Notes: generated by a model not told the origin, from the letters alone. Shown: positions 1 through 14,589, counted from the first letter of the stretch. The stretch: 64,000 nucleotides of DNA from Eledone cirrhosa (GCA_964016885.1 OZ024747.1:45446001-45510000); one strand, 5' to 3'. Translations and numbers: made by a program.

Positions 1-113
1 AAAAATTATCTTCAAATGATTTTGTGAAAGAAAACTTGCATAAAATTTGCTATGAAAAAACGACAAAATTAAAAAAAAGTCATGTGAGATGTTCACCATT
101 CCAGTTTAATTAG

Positions 114-115
<2 letters not shown>

Positions 116-181
<66 letters not shown>

Positions 182-270
182 TACGCACACACACACACAC
201 ATGCGTGCACACACACATGTGCACACGCATACATACACACACCAATATATAAATATATACATATATATAT
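116..270. repeat. (CA)n/(TA)n microsatellite
   Basis: Direct read of the dinucleotide run. Confidence 0.95.
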
Positions 271-429
271 GGTGTTAGGAAGGGCATCCAGCTGTAGAAA
301 TCAAGCCAAAATCAGTTCCTGTATGAGCAAGGCATGGTCAGCCGACCAGGCACTGCCCACAACAGGACAACCCGTCTAACCCATGCTAGCATGGAAGAAC
401 GGACGTAAAACGGTGATGATGATGATGAT
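271..429 (+). mobile_element. 5'-truncated retroposon 3' end (RTE-type tail ending in (GAT)n)
   Basis: ggtgttaggaagggcatccagctgtagaaa...cggacgtaaaacggtgatgatgat matches the 3' UTR of the LINE at 52340-52489 and the SINE tail at 42490-42592. Confidence 0.85.
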
Positions 430-489
430 ATATTTATATATATATATATACACTGTATATGGGTGTGTGCATATATATATATATGTGGG

Positions 490-522
<33 letters not shown>

Positions 523-527
523 GTTGG

Positions 528-561
<34 letters not shown>

Positions 562-1289
562 TATGTGGGTGTGTGTATATATACATATAAATATACCAGT
601 TTGTGAATACCTGTTTCATATGTTAATAAAAAAGGAAAATACACTAGTATACATACGTTATACATCGTTTATGAAAGTCCTTCGCAATTATTATGTTACA
701 GATATGTAAAGGTCTTTATAATTTTGTCAGTTAACCAAAATACCAAAGACGAGTGCTACATGTATTTGTCCACTGAAAATTAGTCCCAGATTGTGCCCTA
801 ATTGTGTTGATCAGTGATGAAATGTTTCCTATCCATGACCAACTCCCGTATTTATTATATCAAAAACAAAATTGTTGAAAGTGTTCTTTGTTTTTTAAGA
901 CATTATAGAGTGATTTAAGTTTCTCTCGTTAGCGTAGATTACAGTTTCTCTCATTGGCATAAACATTATTTATTTTGATTAGACGTAAAGTTAGATGAGT
1001 TGTTAATATTATCAGATAGGTCTGGTAACTCATAGTCTATATAGAATCACATAGGTAAAATTATAATGCATATATTAAGTTACAATTAATACAATCTAAA
1101 ATTAAAAAATAATGATATATTGCTCAGATTTGTGAGTTTAACTTTGATTAAAATAGTTGAAATGTTTTCTGTAAAGTTCATCTAGTTAATATTCTTAAGA
1201 ATTTAATCAATATAAATTACTTTATGAGATACTTTCAACCTCAAAGAATAAATAGTAGCCTAGTTGATACAAAACAATTTCTTTTGGTA

Positions 1290-1580
1290 GGATTGAGAGA
1301 TCACAGCTCCAATACTATAGGCATGTGGTTAGAATGTCTCAGGAAAGAATCACTGGACAAATTCTATGGGCTAAACCAACCGACAGGAGACCCAGAGTTA
1401 AACCCCAAGCAAGATGGTTGGATAACATCCATGAGCTTGGCTGGTCTTGCTTGGGGATCCAGCTGGACCAGTTGGAAATGGTTGCTTATGACAAGGCTCA
1501 CTGAATGGAGTGTTTGAGGATTCTGTCCCGACAACCCTCTCAGAAATAAGTGGGCAAGGAAGAAGTAAGAGAGAAAAGAA
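1290..1580 (+). mobile_element. Decayed RTE-like LINE 3' fragment, (GAA)-rich tail
   Basis: One frame reads ..YYRHVVRMSQERITGQILWAKPTDRRPRVKPQARWLDNI.. (degenerate GHVxR..GRP..W motif). A second copy lies at 28465-28762. Confidence 0.7.
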
Positions 1581-2995
1581 AAAGGTTTTGCTGGCCCAGT
1601 TGAAATTGTATATAATCACTTTTAACTGAATACCATATGCGATCAGGCCACAGAATTCTTTTTTTATCTGCCTATTGTAGAGAAGTAGCACTGAAACAAA
1701 GTTTTGTCCCTGCAGAGAATTGTATGACTCTGAGGTGATACAAATCATATTTCTGTAATGTGATTTATTGGACCTTCATTTTCGTTAGGTGTGGGCGGGT
1801 GTGTATGTGTTTATGTGTGTAATCGCGTGTGTGCATGTGTCCTATATTTATTATTAGTAGTAACTGTTTTTTTATTTTAAGTTTCACCAAAACTACCAAC
1901 TTTTCAAAACAATTTTCTATGAATTTGAGCTGATTTATTCAATACATATCTGCAAAAGTTTATCTAGTAAATGAACGTGCAATACACGTTCTTCAATCTC
2001 ATCTCCACAATAAGACATTGTTATAGATTTCAAAATATACAGATTAAAATGTATCCTGTATTGTGTTTTGTAATTTACATTGTTAGCAGTATTTGTTAGT
2101 TAAGAGATTAAAGGTGTTTTGTGTTGTGTATCTTGTAATTTACGTTAAAATGTTCACTCCTAAGTCACATTTTTTGTTTTATCGCAGGGTCCCTTTGATT
2201 TCATAATTTATTTTAATATGAGTACCATAATACTTTTTTACTCTATCACATGTGAAACAAGAATTCCACAGAGAGTGTTTTATACTGACTTAAGAATGGG
2301 TCGTTTGGCGCTTAGGATCATATTACAAACTAATGTGTTAAATGACCCCCCATAGGTTGTGCATAAATATTTTGATATTAACTATAAAAAAAAAAGGAAT
2401 GACTAACCAAATTGCCACACGGTTCCCACAGACATACAATTATGACCCTCCAGCTGGTTGTGAGGGAATCAATGTATGAAACGTATTTGTTATTTAACAG
2501 ATTAAAAGGTAGTTTGTATTGTGAATTTTGTAATTATCAACAATTTAAAATATGTTTTATGTTGTGTATTTTGTAACTTATGCTGCTATTTTTTTGTGAT
2601 TCTCTGTGTTCATATCTGCATAGATTTAAACTTATTTTCTCACTTAGGTTCCAATGAGTTTTCTTGCGATCATTATGATTTGTTGAAGTTTTGATACTAC
2701 ATATCTTTCCTCTGAAGAATGTGTTGAGTTTCCTGAAGTTTATTATTTTTGTTAAGGTACTTCTTTGATACTATTGCTCTTTCCCACATCCTGGTACTTT
2801 GATTGATGGTGATTTATGGCATCTGAAGCCGAATGGAATAAATTATAAAATATCAAGTATTGGCAAAATATTTTGGTGTTCAAGACATGTAGGAGCTTCC
2901 CTGCTGACAATGACACTGTTGGTGACACTGTTGGTGACACTGTTTGTGGTATCAGGTGATGTCTATGTGAGTACTTCATTATTCTAGCAGTTAGA

Positions 2996-3183
2996 GCGGT
3001 GGATTGGTAGTATCGGAGAGAGTCGGACGTCATGCTTTCCAGCATAGGTACGTCCCTTTATAGTCTGAGTTCAAATCCCGCCGACGTTAACTTTGCCTTT
3101 CATCCTTACGGGGTCGATAAAATAAAGTACCAGTAATGTTCTGGGTCATTGCTGGGCTTGTGCCAAAAGTAGAAACAATTATT
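2996..3183 (+). mobile_element. tRNA-derived SINE family A (Deu/Nin-like core, ATT tail)
   Basis: B-box gagttcaaatcc, core gcctttcatccttacggggtcgataaaataaagtaccag, tail cttgtgccaaaagtagaaacaattatt. More than 12 copies in the window. Confidence 0.9.
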
Positions 3184-3899
3184 CTAGCATTTAACCATTA
3201 CTATCATCCATGGCAATGCTGTGAATGTGTTGTCTTGCCTCAAAACGTATTAGATATGAAATTCCAATGTCCCTTGTTGGGGTATGTGATTGATTGTGTA
3301 TATCTTTTCATGTTTTTTTCATATAATTGTGTTTATTTGTATGCATTCTATTGACATAAACATAATTAATAGTTTATCAATAAATGCAGGTTTCTTCGAT
3401 TTAAAACAAAACTGATGGTATGTTTAAGTACTGCTAATGAAGTTAAGCAAGTTGTGAAATATGGCAGACATATTTGTACCTTATTACGACCTCTTCAGTA
3501 AAATATTGCCTTTGCCATACTTGCTAAATTACATATGAAAATGTTACAATGAAATATATACATGATTGAACCTTTGTTGGCATAGTGAAAACAATTTGTT
3601 TAGAAGTAAAATAATTCATATAGAAGCAAAGGACCTCATAGTTTAGGGGAGGGAAATATGTAATCTTGAAAACTCTTCATTGGGCATAACTAAAATAATA
3701 AGTTTTTCAAATGGAATTTGAAAGTATGTCAGTATCTTAACTTGGAAAGAGCTTACCTCTTCGTCTACAGCTCTAATAACTAACTTTTTTCAGTATTAAT
3801 AAACAATTTGATTGATAACCAATCCTGCAAATATCATTATTACTATTATTATTATTGCAATTTTCAGTACACAAACGCACATATATATGTACACACACA

Positions 3900-3946
<47 letters not shown>

Positions 3947-4364
3947 ACACACACACACACATATATATATATGTATATATATGAGAGTGTGTGTGTGTTT
4001 ATACACATACAAACATGAATTATACTTGCTTCTCCATAATTAAATTAATCAACTGGCACATTTTTATAATGTTATTTGGCTTCCAAATAGAAACTAAAAT
4101 ACACAATTAAATAAAATTCATTTTCATCATAAAACCGAAAAAGAAAAATTCATATAAAATAAGCATATGATAGAAAAATAAATTAAAGCTTTCCCCTACC
4201 TCACCCTCAAAAATCATATCTACAAAATTTGTAAAAAAATCTATTAGTGGACAATGGTCAATTTTTATCTAAAAATGCTTAAAGTCAATATTCAAATTTT
4301 TGTAAGTTAATAAATGTCAGTTTAGCTGCAAATAAATAGTATATTTTTTATTTAAATATGAAGC

Positions 4365-4535
4365 ACCAGCACATACATTGCTATATGGATAACGAGTTCA
4401 GTTCACTATCACCTGATTTCAGTTTCAGTCACACAGTGTGGCAGCTTAAACAAGTGTATTCTAATATAGTTTTGTGTTGACCTATGCCTTGTGATGAGAA
4501 TTTAATAGAAAGAAACTGTGTGGAAGGCAGTTGTA
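4365..4535 (+). mobile_element. Degenerate SINE-like repeat (family C)
   Basis: Decayed head plus ttcagtcacacagtgtggcagcttaaacaagtgt...gaaactg. A similar degenerate copy is at 34935-35080. Confidence 0.45.
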
Positions 4536-4548
4536 TATATACATATAT

Positions 4549-4926
4549 ATCATCATTTTACGTCTGCTTTTCCCAGTTTGCAAGGGTGGGACGGGAACTG
4601 ATTCTTGCTTGATTTCTACAGCTGGATGCCCTTCCTAACACCAACCTCATTTACAGTGAGTGGTGGGTGCTTTTTTCCGTGGCACCTACACGTCCACTTT
4701 ATGGTGAGGGCTGGGTGCTTTTTTGCCGTGGCATCTGCACGACCACTTTGCAGTGGAATGATAGGGACCCCAGTTCTATCATCTCATTTCTACAGCTGAG
4801 TAAACTGGAGCAATGTGAAATAAAGTGTCTTACTCAAGGACACAACACATCACCCAGTCTGAGAATTGAACTCACAACCTTTAGATTGCATGGCCAATGC
4901 TTTAACCACTAAGCCACATGCCTCCA
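4549..4926 (-). mobile_element. tRNA-derived SINE family B (V-like core, RTE-derived tail)
   Basis: Reverse complement closely matches 42256-42592: A-box tggcttagtgg, B-box gagttcaattc, ccttgag core, (GAT)n tail. Confidence 0.9.
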
Positions 4927-5186
4927 TATATATATACATATATATATACACATATATACACCCATATATTTATACACATACACACATGCACATACATATA
5001 TGTGTGTATGTATGTATGTGTCTGTGTTTATACTCCATAACTTAGCAGTTAAATATAAACAACTTAGTAAAATAAGTATTGGGCTTGATATAATCAACTA
5101 AACCATATTAAGTAGGTGACCCAATATGGCAACATTTTAATGACTGAAACCAATAAAAGAATAAATGCATAAACAAAAGATGTATA

Positions 5187-5291
5187 TATAAGTTGTCCCC
5201 CAAAAATATATACACACTTCAACAGCATTCTAATAAATATTGCCTGCACAGGTAATCAAAGTATCCATACATTTTTAGGGGACACCCTGTA
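5187..5291. mobile_element. Tc1/mariner-like MITE
   Basis: Imperfect terminal inverted repeats: right end reverse-complemented is tacagggtgtcccctaaaaatgtat, left end is tataagttgtcccccaaaaatatat. TA flanks. Confidence 0.6.
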
Positions 5292-6127
5292 TGTGTCACA
5301 AAATATGGACTATATCTTATATCACTTCTCTGTAAAATATTTCATAAATTTAAATACAAATTTTATACTGAAAATTGAAAATATGATTTAGAAATGAATT
5401 TTAAACTTCATGCTTTTTTCTGTTTTATATACATTTATTATCGAATTGGGCAGTATTTTTGCTGAATTGACTGTTTTAATAGCTAGATGCTTTAAATACC
5501 TTTAACCACTGAACCATAAAGTGAGATTGGAATCTGTTTTTGTCAGATAGGAATAACTATGACAAGTAGATTTATACAGAGGTACCCATTTAATTGGTAT
5601 ACAAAAACAGTTTTGTGATGGAAAACGAGAATAAGGAAGAGATGGGAGAAACCATTGGCCACATATCCTTAAATTTTTAAGAGGACTTGAAGCTGTCAAT
5701 AAACACTGGGAAAATAACATTCAACCAATTGAGAACATAAGAGAATTGCTGCACAGTGCACCATCATGTGCAGCAAGGATTGATTGATACAGAGTCTGTA
5801 TGCCAAATTGTGTATATTCTTGCATATTTACATATTAGTCCTCCCATCACTACTTTACAAAGTATGGTGAAGTCTAGGCTTTACTTATATTGTCATAACA
5901 AGATTTGAGAGTTTAATTAAAATAACATTAGTCCTTGCTTATATAAATCCCTACAAAATTATTTCTAGTTAGCATTTTATTGCTTCCTGTATTAAATATG
6001 TTAACTTTAACTTATCTTGTATTAAGGTTTTCTTTTATAACTACATGATTAGTGACATTGTGTCTTAACTTCACATCGATTTACTGTAGCCATTTTATAT
6101 TTCTCTTTCATTTAAATGACAGCTGAT

Positions 6128-6190
6128 TTTAACCCTCTAGCATTGAAACTGGTCATATCTGGCCAGAATTCTCTCACCTTGGTTTATAAT
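6128..6190 (+). mobile_element. Left end of TTAA-flanked MITE (same family as 13582-13788)
   Basis: ttaaccctctagcattgaaactggtcatatctggccagaattctctcac aligns to 13582-13630. Confidence 0.6.
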
Positions 6191-6229
6191 GAGCTAATGA
6201 AAGACATTGTACATGTTTACTTTATGTGC

Positions 6230-6370
6230 AAGAAATAGCAGCTAAATCTCCCTCAAATAACATAATGGAAGGACATACTGGGATAATGTAGGCGAAGATT
6301 TTTCTTTAGGAAAAAAAAGATGTGATGGTCATAGTTGGAGCACATTTTATCATCGGACCTCTGATATCTT
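6230..6370 (-). mobile_element. Old degenerate interspersed repeat (family D)
   Basis: Recurring motifs gagatttggctgctatttct and tatgatc..ttccagct(a/g)tgaccatc also appear near 800-930, 13500-13560, 18700-18790, 26180-26230, 28775-28805, 30420-30600 and 36290-36365. Confidence 0.45.
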
Positions 6371-6946
6371 AAACTGTCTGATACTGTAATTGAAAAGTTT
6401 ACATTGAAAATCTTAGAAATTAATTCAATCATGTCTGATACAATATTAACATGTCCATATGTCATTCATATAGTTTATTGCATTATGAAAACATGATTTG
6501 AGAATCAATCTTAATATTACCTTGTATTTGTTATTGAACTATGTAAATAAAACAACAAACAAATAAATCTTACTTTGAATTCTGATTCAGCACAAAAATA
6601 TGAAACAAATGTTAAACTATACATTTGATAATATATTGAAACAGTAAAATGTAAAAGAAAAACAGTATTCAGTCTTTATAAGTCGTATACTTACCTGCAT
6701 TTTTATTCAATCATAAAATTATATTTTAAAAAACAGAATATCAAAAAAAAAAAAAAGATTAATCATATGAACACATATATATAATATTCAAAATATAATT
6801 TAGTAAATACTCAAAGTAGGATATATTTAATACTAAAAATATGATTCATGAATGAATCATTCTTAGAAATATTTCTTAGTTCTTTTATTCAAATACATCA
6901 AAACTTATTCAAAATCTGATCCACATAAAAAGAGCAAATAAAAAAA

Positions 6947-6967
6947 ACACACACACACACGCACGCA

Positions 6968-7051
<84 letters not shown>

Positions 7052-7056
7052 CACAC
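6947..7056. repeat. (CA)n microsatellite
   Basis: Direct read. Confidence 0.95.
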
Positions 7057-7781
7057 GTATATGTATGTATACATATTAAAATTCTGTTTTCTTTCTGCTT
7101 TTTACATTTTAAAATAACTTAAAATATTAAAAGAAAAATATCATTTTAACTTTATTAGTAATATACTCGCCTGCATTTTTCACCTAAAAACAAGAACATT
7201 TTTAATCATGATGAAACCTATTACCTTCTTGACTATAACACTTTTACATAAAACCTACAGCTTTATGATTCTCTCTCTTCAATATTGTCCGCAAAGAGAA
7301 TGCCATCAATTCTCATAAAGTAGACTAATATTAAACTAGCTGAAAATTCTTTATTGACCAGTGCTGTATAATAAATACATTATAAGATGTGTAATCTTAC
7401 ACAGATCTGCAAATATTGGTTTGTTATGTCAAAGCACCAAGGAAACATGTGCTTGTCAGGGTGTTGTTCAATTTCCTATAAAAATACATTAATAGACATT
7501 ATAATGCTACCATAAACAGTGAAAAATGGTAAAAGATAAAATTTCTTCTACTTAGGAATCTTTGTATTCATAGATATATGTTTACATAAAACACACATAC
7601 ACAAACACACACATTCATATATGGACGCATATATCATCATCATCATCATTTAATGTTTGTTTTTCTTGCTATATGTGTGTGTATGCTGAAGAGCAAGAAA
7701 GTGTATGTATGTCTGTACATACTTTCATACATTGTTGCATACATATAAATATGCATACTTAAATCTCCTTCTCTCTCTCTG

Positions 7782-7815
<34 letters not shown>

Positions 7816-8619
7816 TGTATATATATCTATCTATATATATATATGATATATATACATGATGATGAATGAAATGATGATGATATATATGTGTATATAAACA
7901 AACATACATACACCAACATGTATTTCCTAAGAATACTTTTCACAATATACAACTGGTAGTGAATGCTCGTTATGGAATATATGTAGACATTTCCAATTAT
8001 TGCCATTTACAAATATTTTCAATGTTTTCTTTCACATAACACCTAACTTGATGGGAAAGTTGTCGTTTGAGTAGAGAAACGGTTGTTATTCAATGGATAC
8101 ATTTTAGTTCCCCATAACACCTTCATATCCATTCCACATCCATTCCACAAACAACTCTCGTTAAACTATCATAAATGTCTACATTTACTTCCCTTCGAAA
8201 TCTTGGTGTTTATTGCTGCAGATTTTGGCATGAAGATTGGTGGGGGAGTGGCAAAGAAATTGTTAAAACGAAAAATTTCAAATTACAAATGCAAGCATTA
8301 AATTCGAACATGAAATATTGGCTGATATATGAGCCCATTTCACAAATGATGAAATATTGAGTTTTGAACATTGAAAAGAATATTTCTCGAAAGAGAAGAA
8401 TAAATTTCTCCTCATAAAAGAAAATCCATCAATATTGTTTACTTTTTTCTATATTTATTTACACATTTTACCATCTTTATGTGGAGACAGATGTGGAATG
8501 ATTATTATTGAATAAATCTTAAAGAATATTTAATGTTGCATTTCACTTCATATTTTGCTGCAGTCTTATACTTGTGATTCTTTGTTTGAATGTAAATATA
8601 TTCATTTAAAATTTGAACT

Positions 8620-8845
8620 ATTTCATTCAATCAGGTTTGATAAGTACCAGCAATATACAGTTATTGATAAGATAGAGTACCAGCTATATACTGCTATTGA
8701 TAAATAACAACAATACTCTGCCATGGATAGATAAACACAATTCAATGTTATTGATAAGATAAATAACAGTAATACAATACACTGTTATTGATGAATAACA
8801 GTAATACAATACACTGTTATTGATAAATAACAGCAATATATTGCA
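8620..8845 (+). repeat. Degenerate left part of the 26-bp minisatellite
   Basis: Irregular copies of ctg(c/t)tattgataaataacagtaatac. Confidence 0.7.
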
Positions 8846-8889
8846 ACAGATCATTCTGACCACATCAACTCTATGCACTTCCTACTGAG

Positions 8890-10770
8890 TAATCAAAAAT
8901 ACACCACACTCTTCAGTGTGAACTCCCCTACTCTTCAAACAGATCCTGATCTATAGAGTCTCTTACAGGGCACCCTTGTGGATGACACAATCATAATCCT
9001 AGGCAATTTCAATGCACTCTCCAGAAATCAGCAATTCTCTGCATTCCCCAACACCCAGAAAAAGTGAAGTTGGGTGTATTGCCCACCATTGAAGAGACCA
9101 CCAAAGTCATAGAACAGCTAAGAAGTGGCAAAGCAGCAGGAGTCAATGGACTTGCACTTAAGATTTGGAAGCATGGGGGCCCAGCAATACATGCAAAACT
9201 CCATAATCAGGGCAATCTGCCACGAGATCTCCACAATGCAGTCATCAACACCCTGTACAAGAACAAAGGTGAAAAGTCAGACTGCTCAAGTTACCAGGGG
9301 ATTTCTCTCCTCACTGTTGCAGGAAAAATCCTTGTAAGGATGTTGCTAAACAGGCTGGTATCTACCATCACTGAAGAACACCTCCCAGAGAGAAATTGTG
9401 GCTTCAGAGTCAACAGGAACACCACAGACATGATGTTTGTTCTTAGGCAGCTCCACGAAAAGTGCCAAGAGCAAAATAAAGGGATGCATGTGGTATTCGT
9501 TGAATTAAATAAAGCTTTCGATACAGTGAGCCAAAAAGGAATGTGGCAGACCATGGAATGACTCAGCTGTCCCCTAAAGTTCCTGAACATGGTCATCCAG
9601 CTACATGGAGATCAGCATGGCCAAGTCAGACTCCACAGTAACCACGCAGAGCTCTTCTTGATCATCAACAGAGTGAAGCAGGGTTGCATTCTGGCATCGA
9701 AACTCTTTACAATTTCCTTCAGCATGATGCTCAAGCAGGCCAAAGAAGATTTTGGTGATGAGGGCAGAGTCTACATAATATACCATCTCAATGGCAGCCT
9801 GATTAATCTGTGTCAACTACAGGCCAACATGAAGACCCTGGAGCAACTGATCTGAGACCTCCTCTTTGCCAATGATGCTGCTCATGTTGCTCACACAGAA
9901 AGGGCCTTGCAGTGCATCACTTCCTGCTTTGCAGTGGCTGCCCAACTCTTTGGGTTAGAATTAAGCTAAGAGGATACAGAGTTACTCCACTATCATGCAC
10001 CTCAGGAAGAATACCACCCTCCCAATATCACCATTGGTGAGACTGAACTGAAAACACTCCATCTGTTAACCTACCTGGGTGATGCCAAGATCAATAGGGA
10101 AATCAGCAATAGGCTGGCAAAGGTGAGCAGTGCATTTAGCAAAATGTATAAATGCATGTGGAACAATAAACACCTGATGAGGGGTATCAAGATCATGGTG
10201 TACAGAACCATATTCCTTACCTCCCTCCTATATGGCTGAGAGTCATGGTCACCATATTTGACTCTTCAAGTGCTTCCAACAGTGCTGCCTCCACACCATC
10301 CTCAACATCCACTGGAGAAACTTTGTCACTAATGTTGAAGTCGTTGAATGAGCAAAGGTCCAAGCCATGCTGATGAAGTCCCAAATACACTGGGCAAGGC
10401 ATGTCTCCAAGATTAAGGATCATCGCCTGCCCAGGTATCATGCTATATGACAAACTCTCCACTGGTCATCATGACAGCGGAGCACCGAGGAAGCAATATA
10501 AGACAGTTTGAAAATACCCTTTGATACCTGTCAGATCAATCATCATTGGGGGTTCACCCTAGCTGAACACTGAGATGCTGGGCATCTCAACATGAAACAT
10601 GCTGTCTCATCCTTTGAAAACATCTGAAGAGCCACCCTCAAGGAGAGAAGGCACAGGGAAGAACAAAAACACCACATCATTAAAACTCTGACCAGACCTT
10701 TATCTGCAGCTGCTGGGGCTGTGTCTGCCTCTTCCACAAGGGCTTCAAAAGCCACGAGCATGCCTACTGT
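8890..10770 (+). pseudogene. Decayed, internally deleted RTE/BovB-like LINE (EN remnant, RT, C-terminal Zn-finger remnant)
   Basis: ORFs with GKAAG, LYKNKGEKSDCSSYQGISLL, CGFRVNRNTTDMMF, FVELNKAFDTV, VKQGCILA and LLFAND, interrupted by several stops and frameshifts. Confidence 0.92.
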
Positions 10771-10774
10771 CAAT

Positions 10775-13325
10775 ATTGATAATAACAGTAATACACTGGT
10801 ATTGATAATAACAGTAATACACTGCTATTGATAATAGCAATAACACACTGCTATTGATAATAACAGTAATACACTGCTATTGATAATAACAGTAATACAC
10901 TGCTATTGATAATAACAGTAATACACTGCTATTGATAATAACAGTAATACACTAATACTGATAATAACAGTAATACACTGCTATTGATAATAACAGTAAT
11001 ACACTAATACTGATAATAACAGTAATACACTGCTATTGATAATAACAGTAATACACTGCTATTGATAAGAACAGTAACACACTGCTATTGATAATAACAG
11101 TAATACACTGCTATTGATAATAACAGTAATACACTGCTATTGATAATAACAGTAATACACTGCTATTGATAATAACAGTAATACACTGCTATTGATAATA
11201 ACAGTAATACACTAATACTGATAATAACAGTAATACACTGCTATTGATAATAACAGTAATACACTGCTACTGATAATAACAGTAATACACTGCTAGTGAT
11301 AATAACAGTAATACACTGCTATTGATAATAACAGTAATACACTGCTATTGATAATAACAGTAATACACTGCTATTGATAATAACAGTAATACACTGCTAT
11401 TGATAATAACAGTAATACACTGCTAATGATAATAACAGTAATACACTGCTATTGATAATAACAGTAATACACTGCTACTGATAATAACAGTAATACACTG
11501 CTATTGATACTAACAGTAATACACTGCTACTGATAATAACAGTAATACACTGCTACTGATAATAACAGTAATACACTGCTATTGATAATAACAGTAATAC
11601 ACTGCTACTGATAATAACAGTAATACACTGCTATTGATAATAACAGTAATACACTGCTACTGATAATAACAGTAATACACTGCTATTGATAATAACAGTA
11701 ATACACTGCTATTGATAATAACAGTAATACACTGCTATTGATAATAACAGTAATACACTGCTACTGATAATAACAGTAATACACTGCTATTGATAATAAC
11801 AGTAATACACTGCTACTGATAATAACAGTAATACACTGCTATTGATAATAACAGTAATACACTGCTACTGATAATAACAGTAATACACTGCTATTGATAA
11901 TAACAGTAATACACTGCTATTGATAATAACAGCAATACACTGCTATTGATAATAACAGTAATACACTGCTATTGATAATAACAGTAATACACTGCTATTG
12001 ATAATAACAGTAATACACCGCTATTGATAAGAACAGTAATACACTAATACTGATGATAACAGTAATACACTGCTATTGATAATACCAGTAATACACTGCT
12101 ATTGATAATAACAGTAATACACTGCTATTGATAATAACAGTAATACACTGCTATTGATAATAACAGTAATACACTGCTATTGATAATAACAGTAATACAC
12201 TGCTATTGATAATAACAGTAATACATTGCTAGTGATAATAACAGTAATACACTGCTATTGATAATAACAGTAATACACTGCTATTGATAATAACAGTAAT
12301 ACACTGCTACTGATAATAACAGTAATACACTGTTATTGATAACAACAGTAATACACTGCTATTGATAATAACAGTAATACACTGCTATTGATAATAACAG
12401 TAATACACTGCTATTGATAATAACAGTATTACACGGCTAGTGATAATAACAGTAATACACTGCTATTGATAATAACAGTAATACACTGCTAGTGATAATA
12501 ACAGTAATACACTGCTATTGATAATAACAGAAATACATTGCTATTGATAATAACAGTAATACACTGCTACTGATAATAACAGTAATACATTGCTATTGAT
12601 AATAACAGTAATACACTGCTAGTGATAATAACAGTAATACACTGCTATTGATAATAACAGTAATACACTGCTATTGATAATAACAGTGATACACTGCTAT
12701 TGATAATAACAGTAATACATTGCTATTGATAATACCAGTAATACACTGCTATTGATAATAACAGTAATACACTGCTATTGATAATAACAGTAATACATTG
12801 CTATTGATAATACCAGTAATACACTGCTAGTGATAATAACAGTAACACACTGCTATTGATAATAACAGTAATACACTGCTATTGATAATAACAGCAATAC
12901 ACTGCTATTGATAAGAACAGTAACACACTGCTATTGATAATAACAGTAATACATTGCTATTGATAATAACAGTAATACACTGCTAGTGATAATAACAGTA
13001 ACACACTGCTATTGATAATAACAGTAACACACTGCTATTGATAATAACAGCAATACACTGCTATTGATAAGAACAGTAACACACTGCTATTGATAATAAC
13101 AGTAACACACTGCTATTGATAAGAACAGCAATACACTGCTATTGATAATAACAGTAACACACTGCTATTGATAATAACAGCAATACACTGTTATTGATAA
13201 TAACAGTAACACACTGCTATTGATAATAACAGTAACACACTGCTATTGATAATAACAGTAATACACTACTATTGATAATAACAGCAATACACTACTATTG
13301 ATAATAACAGTAATACACTGCTATT
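10775..13325 (+). repeat. 26-bp minisatellite (ctgctattgataataacagtaataca), about 98 copies
   Basis: Direct read, period 26, highly homogeneous. Confidence 0.97.
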
Positions 13326-13581
13326 TCAAGATTGCAGTTGTCCATTCAAACTGTATACCATCATCAACAAACTTGTTAAATGATAAAATGAGGAAGCCTC
13401 ATGTTTGAATTTTCAAAAGGAGTCAAATCAAATACAGCACCAGTGTTTATAAATATATATTCGATAATGTAGTTCTACGTACACTATGCCTCAATAAAGG
13501 GTGAGATGATCATAGCTAGAATAATTATACATTGTTTTGATCAGGACTGTCCACTATCTAAGTAATAGCACATTATATAGA

Positions 13582-13788
13582 TTAAGCCTTTAGCATTTAA
13601 ACTGGCAGTATCCGGCCAGAATTCTCTCACGTCTTTCTGTTCTGGCTGTATCCGGCAACTCATACTGATGTTAAGATATTGTTCTAAAAATAAATAATAT
13701 CAAATTCTCGTAGATTCAATGTGAGGTAAAGCTTATACCTTGAAAATATAATAGTAAATATAGACTAATGTAAATGGTAAAGGGTTAA
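13582..13788. mobile_element. TTAA-flanked (piggyBac-type) MITE
   Basis: ttaagcctttagcattta ... taaatggtaaagggttaa terminal inverted repeats. Confidence 0.7.
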
Positions 13789-13856
13789 CACGGAATCATT
13801 CAACAAAGTGTTCTATGATAAAAAAAAAATACATTTTGTAAATATAATCAAGGAAA

Positions 13857-14040
13857 TAATTGTTTCTACTTTTGACACAAGGTCAGCAATTACCCAGTGC
13901 ATTACTGGTACTTTATTTTATCGACCCCGTAAGGATGAAAGGCAAAGTTAACCTCGACGGGATTTGAACTCAGAATGGCAAGGGCCGTAACTCTATACAT
14001 CAAAGCATGGCGTCCGACCCTCTACCGATACTGCCAATCC
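13857..14040 (-). mobile_element. SINE family A
   Basis: Near full-length copy with TSD aggaaataat at 13851-13860 and 14041-14050. Confidence 0.9.
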
Positions 14041-14274
14041 AGGAAATAATGTCTAGTATCTGTTGGTAAACCACTATAGTCTGTGAAGCAGGAAGTCATC
14101 TTAAATGTGTCAGGGGCAACTTTCATCTTTTTGATACAAAGTCACAGAAAAACCACTCCTATTTCTGTGTTTATATCATAGAAATGGAGCTGTTTATTTT
14201 AAAGTGTTTATAATTTTCTAAAAATCTTCCCTCATAATTTTCTGTAAATGTCTTAATTCAAACAGCACTTTAAT

Positions 14275-14458
14275 AAGGATTTCTGATTTAGGCACAAGGC
14301 CAACAAATTTGGGGGAAGGTAAAGTTGATTTAATTGACTCCAGTGCATTACTGGTGCTTTATTTGATCAACACCGTAAGAATGAAAGGCAAAGCTAACCT
14401 CAGCAGGATTTGAACTCAGAATGTGAAGGGCTGTAACTCTCTGCCACAAAGCATGTTG
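14275..14458 (-). mobile_element. SINE family A (older variant)
   Basis: Core and tail match. Imperfect TSD aaacagcact(t/c)taataa. Confidence 0.8.
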
Positions 14459-14589
14459 TAAACAGCACTCTAATAATAAGAATGTTATTATGTTACTGAA
14501 TTCTTCCAAATTTTTAGTTATTTTCTAAATGATTTAAAAATTAAAAGCAACATATTTCCTTAGAAATACAATAACGTGGTTAATATGGA

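Noticed and set aside
6689-6699. atacttacctg, identical to the U1 snRNA 5' end
   Set aside because: The match stops after 11 nt, so it is at most a minus-strand splice donor.
10775-13325. CRISPR-like appearance of the 26-bp array (also the 16-bp and 450-bp arrays)
   Set aside because: Head-to-tail units with no unique spacers, no cas genes, eukaryotic context.
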